DNA of 64,000 nucleotides from a virus (Duplodnaviria; Caudoviricetes): IMG/VR virus record IMGVR_UViG_3300011947_000003, positions 1,487 to 65,486 of that record; one strand, written 5' to 3'. The position numbers and the translations under genes were made by a program. The notes beneath the pieces are model-generated. The model had not been told where the DNA came from. It did not search any database and saw only the letters and a list, made by a program, of their open reading frames with translations. Positions within the stretch are counted from its first letter, which is position 1. Every line of letters begins with the position of its first letter. Of this stretch, positions 59,586-64,000 are shown in pieces.

Positions 59586-60467
59586 TTACTTATTCTTGTA
59601 TTTTGTATGAACGATTTTCCAATTCGCAAACTTTTCCGAATTGCAGCGATTGATTACCGTACCAGCATGAATATTGAATGCTTTTGCAACAGATTCAGTT
59701 CCAATATACAAAACGTCATCTATTAAATAATGATTCGACATTTTGGTTATTGATGTTTTGTCGTGCTTCTTCCCATAAAATGGATTATTTTCTTCCTTAA
59801 ACTTTTCAGACATATATTTTTTAAGTTTTTCAGATGTTTTTCGACCTTTAGAATGACCAACTAATTCACCTGATATATATCTAGGATCATCTAGAGATGT
59901 TTGAAATATATTCCCATCCCTATCTTTAACTGTGACTTTGTTTTTTAAAACGCTAATTAGTTCACCAGATATATATCTTGGATCATCCTTATCAACTAAT
60001 AAATTATTACCATTGGTATCTACAACTGGAACCTTATTTTGTGAATGGAATTTCAATTCACCTGATATATATCTAGGATCATCCTTATTAACCAAAAAAA
60101 TATTATTATCACTATCCCGTACACAAACTTTTCCGAATGTACTAAAACCATTTGGAGTCTGATTTGAATCATTGTAAAAATCTGGATTACACTTAACATC
60201 ATAATATTCATGCAATCGCGATTCTTCGACTAATGCTTCCAATCTCGTATCATGTAAAGATAATATTTCATATTTATAATCGTTTGGATTTTCCATCTGT
60301 CGTTTTTTGAAATCTTTATTTTTGCTAGAACTTCTATATTTAATCAGGTCTTGTAATGGTGATTCTCTATTTGTACCACGTGAACCAATGTATTTCATGC
60401 CTGTAGATATTTCAGTAATCATATATACATAATTAAATTTCGCTTCAGTTAGTTTTTTATCGCTCAT
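59586..60467 (-). mobile_element. free-standing GIY-YIG homing endonuclease with three DPRYISGE repeats, NUMOD3-like and terminal HTH-like motifs
   Basis: YVYMITEISTGMKYIGSR; NNPFYGKKH; paralogue of 44732..45829. Confidence 0.85.
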
Positions 60468-60516
60468 TTTCTAAATATAAGTGCAAAAGGTATTTTTATT
60501 TAAAGGGAGAATAAAA

Positions 60517-60732
60517 ATGGAAAAGAAAGCATTCTACAAATCCAAGATTTTTTGGCTGGCGATTGCAACAGTTCTGATCAGTATTGCCGATCAGCTTCAA
60601 TTGATAACTCAACTTTTACCTGCTGAATATCAAAGTGTTTATACAGCGATATTAGGTGGTGCTATCCTAATTGCACGTTTACTTTCAGGTCAATCAGTTA
60701 GCATTTCTGATGTTAAAAAAGATTCTGAATAA
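60517..60732 (+). CDS. putative holin (two TM helices)
   Basis: 71 aa, GGGAG RBS, two TM helices, charged C-terminus. Confidence 0.6.
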   Translation: MEKKAFYKSKIFWLAIATVLISIADQLQLITQLLPAEYQSVYTAILGGAILIARLLSGQSVSISDVKKDSE

Positions 60733-60746
60733 TGTAATGGGTAAAT

Positions 60747-60772
60747 AAAAAGGAACCAAAAGGTTCCTTTTT
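60747..60772. terminator. bidirectional intrinsic terminator
   Basis: Same 26-mer as 41558-41583. Confidence 0.8.
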
Positions 60773-61004
60773 ATTTTTCTAGTTTTAATAATCTACGCTT
60801 TTCACGTTCAGGTTCTATAATTAAAATACTTTCGGCTGATCTCCATGCATCATAAGCCGAATTATCTTCACATAGATTCTTTTTTCCATCCGTAATCACA
60901 TATCCATGATCACCAACTTTTACACACTTAAATTGTGGATATTTTAACTGAACTCTAGTTTTAGGAGAATTACCTAACCTTAAACTACGATCATCAAATC
61001 CCAT
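60771..61004 (-). CDS. hypothetical protein
   Basis: 77-aa ORF. Confidence 0.55.
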   Translation of the reverse strand: MGFDDRSLRLGNSPKTRVQLKYPQFKCVKVGDHGYVITDGKKNLCEDNSAYDAWRSAESILIIEPEREKRRLLKLEK

Positions 61005-61359
61005 TTTCGTCTTCCACTTGATATTTTATCTTGCTACATTTCATATATTTAAGTGTTTCAAGATTAAGTTTGCGATCACCCACACCCATTTCATGCACAG
61101 TTATATATTTTGGAATATGTGCTGTAGTGTTACTTGTGCCATTGAAACATTTACGGGCATTTGGATTAATATTCTTTTTTACACCAATACGACAACGCAT
61201 TTTACGCAACTCACCATTCTTTTTAACAAAGGTTACTTGCATAATTCTACCTTTTGTTGATTTGATCATATCACGTAATTCTTTAAATGGGTCTTCTTGC
61301 GCGACTGTATCAAGCGATGGATCAAAGTTTTCAACTTCTTTATTGGATAAATTTGTCAT
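60994..61359 (-). CDS. SH3/WYL-like beta-barrel protein
   Basis: VTFVKKNGELRKMRC motif. Confidence 0.65.
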   Translation of the reverse strand: MTNLSNKEVENFDPSLDTVAQEDPFKELRDMIKSTKGRIMQVTFVKKNGELRKMRCRIGVKKNINPNARKCFNGTSNTTAHIPKYITVHEMGVGDRKLNLETLKYMKCSKIKYQVEDENGI

Positions 61360-61429
61360 ATTTCTGATTCCATTTAAATCATCATTCAATATAAACATAT
61401 TATCAAATGGAATCATATTTGTATATACA

Positions 61430-61846
61430 TTACTCAGTTTTAATCATTGCATAAATTCGATTAAATCCAGTATTATCAACGGAAGAATTGATCTTAAATG
61501 GAACTACTCTGATTGCAAAATTATCAAAAATTATTACTGCATCTTTAGATAATGATCCAGATTTATCAACTTTACCACCTTGATTTTCAAATTCCTTGAC
61601 TAATGAAGATATCTTTTCATTACCATCTTTTTCAGAAAAACCATCATCTTTTAAGCTTTCATCATAGCAAAGAAATGCTTCAACAGTATGTCCATCTATT
61701 TTATAATTACTGGTTTCATCATTATCTTTAGTTTTAGTCTGGCGAACGATAGCTAACCCTAAACCAGCATTTTCTAAAGCTGTATCAATGACTTCAGCCG
61801 AATTAATCGTATCTTCATTTAGAAGAATGTAATCTTTATACTTCAT
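61430..61846 (-). CDS. late protein with CTS-like N-terminus
   Basis: MKYKDYILLNE behind TTAAATA. Confidence 0.6.
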   Translation of the reverse strand: MKYKDYILLNEDTINSAEVIDTALENAGLGLAIVRQTKTKDNDETSNYKIDGHTVEAFLCYDESLKDDGFSEKDGNEKISSLVKEFENQGGKVDKSGSLSKDAVIIFDNFAIRVVPFKINSSVDNTGFNRIYAMIKTE

Positions 61847-61863
61847 TATATTAATCCACAAAA

Positions 61864-61881
61864 AAGGGGAATATTCCCCTT
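61864..61881 (-). terminator. intrinsic terminator
   Basis: AAGGGGAAT/ATTCCCCTT palindrome with a U-run on the minus strand. Confidence 0.6.
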
Positions 61882-61884
61882 TAT

Positions 61885-62511
61885 TTAATAATATGCTGCT
61901 TCTGTATTAAGACTGGCCGCAACATAAAATGTATGCCGACTTTGGATTAAATCATCAATATGATTCATCAATTTATAAATTCTATTTTCATCATCTATAG
62001 ATACTGGTAAACCCTTCTTTAAGATCGTTGAAACATATGTGGAATGCAAATCTTTAGTTCCACCTTCAACATAATTAGCAACATAGGCTAGGTCGATCAT
62101 ACGCAATTTAGCAATTTCATCTCTCATCAACCATTGTTTTGTTATACTTTTAAACTGTTGCTGACGAACATCATCGTATGAATGTTCATGAACATTTTCA
62201 CCCCAACCATATATGTTATAATGGTTAGGTTCATTAGATAGTGATTCTTTTGCAAGTGAAAAATCAGGTTTTCTAACTTTATTATGTAAATCAACTTGAG
62301 TATTTAATTCTGCTTGTTCAATTTCTTCCATTTTTTCAAGAAGCGTATTCCATAATTTATCAGAAATTTTCCGGCCACTTTTATAATTTGATATAGAAAG
62401 GTGTGGATAGGAATGGTGTGAAAACACCAATTTTCCTAATTTTGATGCCCGTCCATACTCTTTATCACACCAGATTTTCAATAATTCATTTCTTGATACA
62501 TTTGTAGTCAT
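61885..62511 (-). CDS. hypothetical protein, possibly with two HTH-like domains
   Basis: SISNYKSGRKIS and YVSTILKKGLPVS segments. Confidence 0.45.
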   Translation of the reverse strand: MTTNVSRNELLKIWCDKEYGRASKLGKLVFSHHSYPHLSISNYKSGRKISDKLWNTLLEKMEEIEQAELNTQVDLHNKVRKPDFSLAKESLSNEPNHYNIYGWGENVHEHSYDDVRQQQFKSITKQWLMRDEIAKLRMIDLAYVANYVEGGTKDLHSTYVSTILKKGLPVSIDDENRIYKLMNHIDDLIQSRHTFYVAASLNTEAAYY

Positions 62512-62528
62512 TTTGCTGTCCGTAAATA

Positions 62529-62573
62529 AGTTACGACTAATATGATTAAATTTGATTAGTCGTAACTATACAA
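62529..62573 (-). promoter_or_regulatory. sigma70 promoter with the -10 box in the loop of a 13-bp inverted repeat
   Basis: TTGTAT-17-TTTAAT; AGTTACGACTAAT/ATTAGTCGTAACT. Confidence 0.6.
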
Positions 62574-63464
62574 TTAATTATGAATTTCGTCAATCACAGT
62601 ATATTCACAAACCCGCGCTTTTGCATAATTGTAATCAACTGGGATACTACAAAAATCTTTTGGATTAACACGACATACAACCAATCGTCCACTACTAACA
62701 TCATACATTTGAGTAATATAAGACATTGATCCAACATGAAGCCCATGTGAACAAGTGATATTTGGATCAGAGTTAACTTCTTCACGATTCATAGATACTA
62801 TTTGACCTACACTATTATCATATCTACCCGTGTAATAATCACGATATCCCAAGTTAACTGCTTTATATGCAATTACATAACCATCCTTATCAATCTCGAT
62901 ATCGTTATGCTGAATAAACTCATATAGCTGTATTACCATACGCGGATCAGGATTTTGAATCAGATTATCAGCAAATTTTAAAAGATTACTATTTTTATCT
63001 TTAGAAACCTTTTTAAGAATCTTGAAAAAATCATGTGATACTTCATTTCCTTTGTAATAGAAATGCCCATCCTTTATCTTAAAATCATTCAGTTCATTAA
63101 CAATCTTTCGAACAATAGAGTTCATATTTCCATCAACGTTTCTACCTTGTTCTTCTAAATTCAGCACAAAAGTATCACGATTGCAAAGATCAACAATCAA
63201 ATCCTTTTTATTATTATATTCAGCCGAATCATATTGAATTGGGTAAAAATCCCCATTGATAATAAATACCACATTCTGGCTTTTTAATAAAACTGAATAT
63301 TCAATATCATTTTTCAACTCCACACCGCCTTTTGACTGTAGCATACGACGAAATGATGTTCGTGGAATATTTAACTGTTCACAAGCTGAACGCACACTTA
63401 CGCCACCATTAATCAATTTTACAGCATCATTATACAAACTTTCTGTAATCTTATTTTTAGCCAT
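62574..63464 (-). CDS. rIIB: RIIB lysis-inhibitor / membrane integrity protein
   Basis: DGYVIAYKAV, G..VSM.R.EV..DPN.TCSHGLHV, VNPKD..SIPVDYN..KARVCEY. Confidence 0.92.
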   Translation of the reverse strand: MAKNKITESLYNDAVKLINGGVSVRSACEQLNIPRTSFRRMLQSKGGVELKNDIEYSVLLKSQNVVFIINGDFYPIQYDSAEYNNKKDLIVDLCNRDTFVLNLEEQGRNVDGNMNSIVRKIVNELNDFKIKDGHFYYKGNEVSHDFFKILKKVSKDKNSNLLKFADNLIQNPDPRMVIQLYEFIQHNDIEIDKDGYVIAYKAVNLGYRDYYTGRYDNSVGQIVSMNREEVNSDPNITCSHGLHVGSMSYITQMYDVSSGRLVVCRVNPKDFCSIPVDYNYAKARVCEYTVIDEIHN

Positions 63465-63470
63465 TAAAGC

Positions 63471-64000
63471 TTACTCCACAAAATAATTTTTAATTAAATT
63501 ACGTACATCTTTAGAAGATATATCAAGGCTTTTAGTTATCCGCATATCTACATTTTTCACCTTGGAAAATGCGTCAATTTTGACAACCACATCATTCAAT
63601 GAATGTTTTCGATCTGATAGATTAATATTTAACGTATTACATATAGTGTTAATTTCTATATTCGAACGTTTCTTAAATCTGGATTTAATGTATTCCACAT
63701 GAGTGTTTTTAAACGCATTTGACCAACCCCAACCCATTTTATTCTTTCTGGCTGAATATATGACATCATAATAAGAATCACTATTCATAAATATCTGTAT
63801 CATTTTTTGATGACTTTCAATTTTTGTACCATATTTGAAATATTTATAATCTTTTGATCTCATGAAGTATATTGGTTTATCTAGACACCCACTTAAAATG
63901 ATTTGTTTAACATCAACATCATGTGCGCGATAGGTAGTATGTGCCAGCGATACAACTGAATTATCAACTTCCATCAAATAAAATTCATCTGTATCTTTTG
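63471..64000 (-). CDS. rIIA: C-terminal part of a probable RIIA protein (frame open to the window edge)
   Basis: Frame continues ...KDTDEFYLMEV to 64000; sits immediately upstream of rIIB; no diagnostic motif inside the window. Confidence 0.5.
   Translation of the reverse strand, partial: KDTDEFYLMEVDNSVVSLAHTTYRAHDVDVKQIILSGCLDKPIYFMRSKDYKYFKYGTKIESHQKMIQIFMNSDSYYDVIYSARKNKMGWGWSNAFKNTHVEYIKSRFKKRSNIEINTICNTLNINLSDRKHSLNDVVVKIDAFSKVKNVDMRITKSLDISSKDVRNLIKNYFVE

Overview
A 64 kb segment of a very AT-rich, lytic, T4-related large or jumbo myophage. The embedded i-/o-spanin pair implies a Gram-negative host. Most genes are on the minus strand and use the standard genetic code. Recognisable core genes: gp61 primase, gp41 helicase, PhoH, thymidylate synthase, DHFR, gp3-like tail completion protein, gp26/gp51-like hub or tail chaperones, a 1513-aa gp29-like tape-measure/hub protein with two peptidoglycan-hydrolase domains, four tail adhesin genes, spanins, holin candidates, rIIB, a partial rIIA-position gene and two GIY-YIG endonucleases. 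About 60 small accessory ORFs lie between them. The most notable features are: (1) a terminase large-subunit N-fragment carrying three inteins stacked head-to-tail at the Walker A lysine (a class-3 LAGLIDADG intein, a mini-intein and a 41-aa split IntN), followed by an orphan IntC-like ORF, with no TerL C-terminal half in the window; (2) a helical DIP1984/DUF6847-like gene followed by a ~250-nt structured RNA holding nine AAAG units at 7-nt spacing; (3) a ~600-nt ORF-free, hairpin-packed region resembling ROOL RNA; (4) a likely -1 programmed frameshift joining gp26 to gp51; (5) a dispersed set of late proteins with T4 capsid-targeting-like N-termini; (6) several sigma70 promoters whose -10 box sits in the loop of an inverted repeat. 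All family assignments come from motif recognition by eye; no database searches were run.
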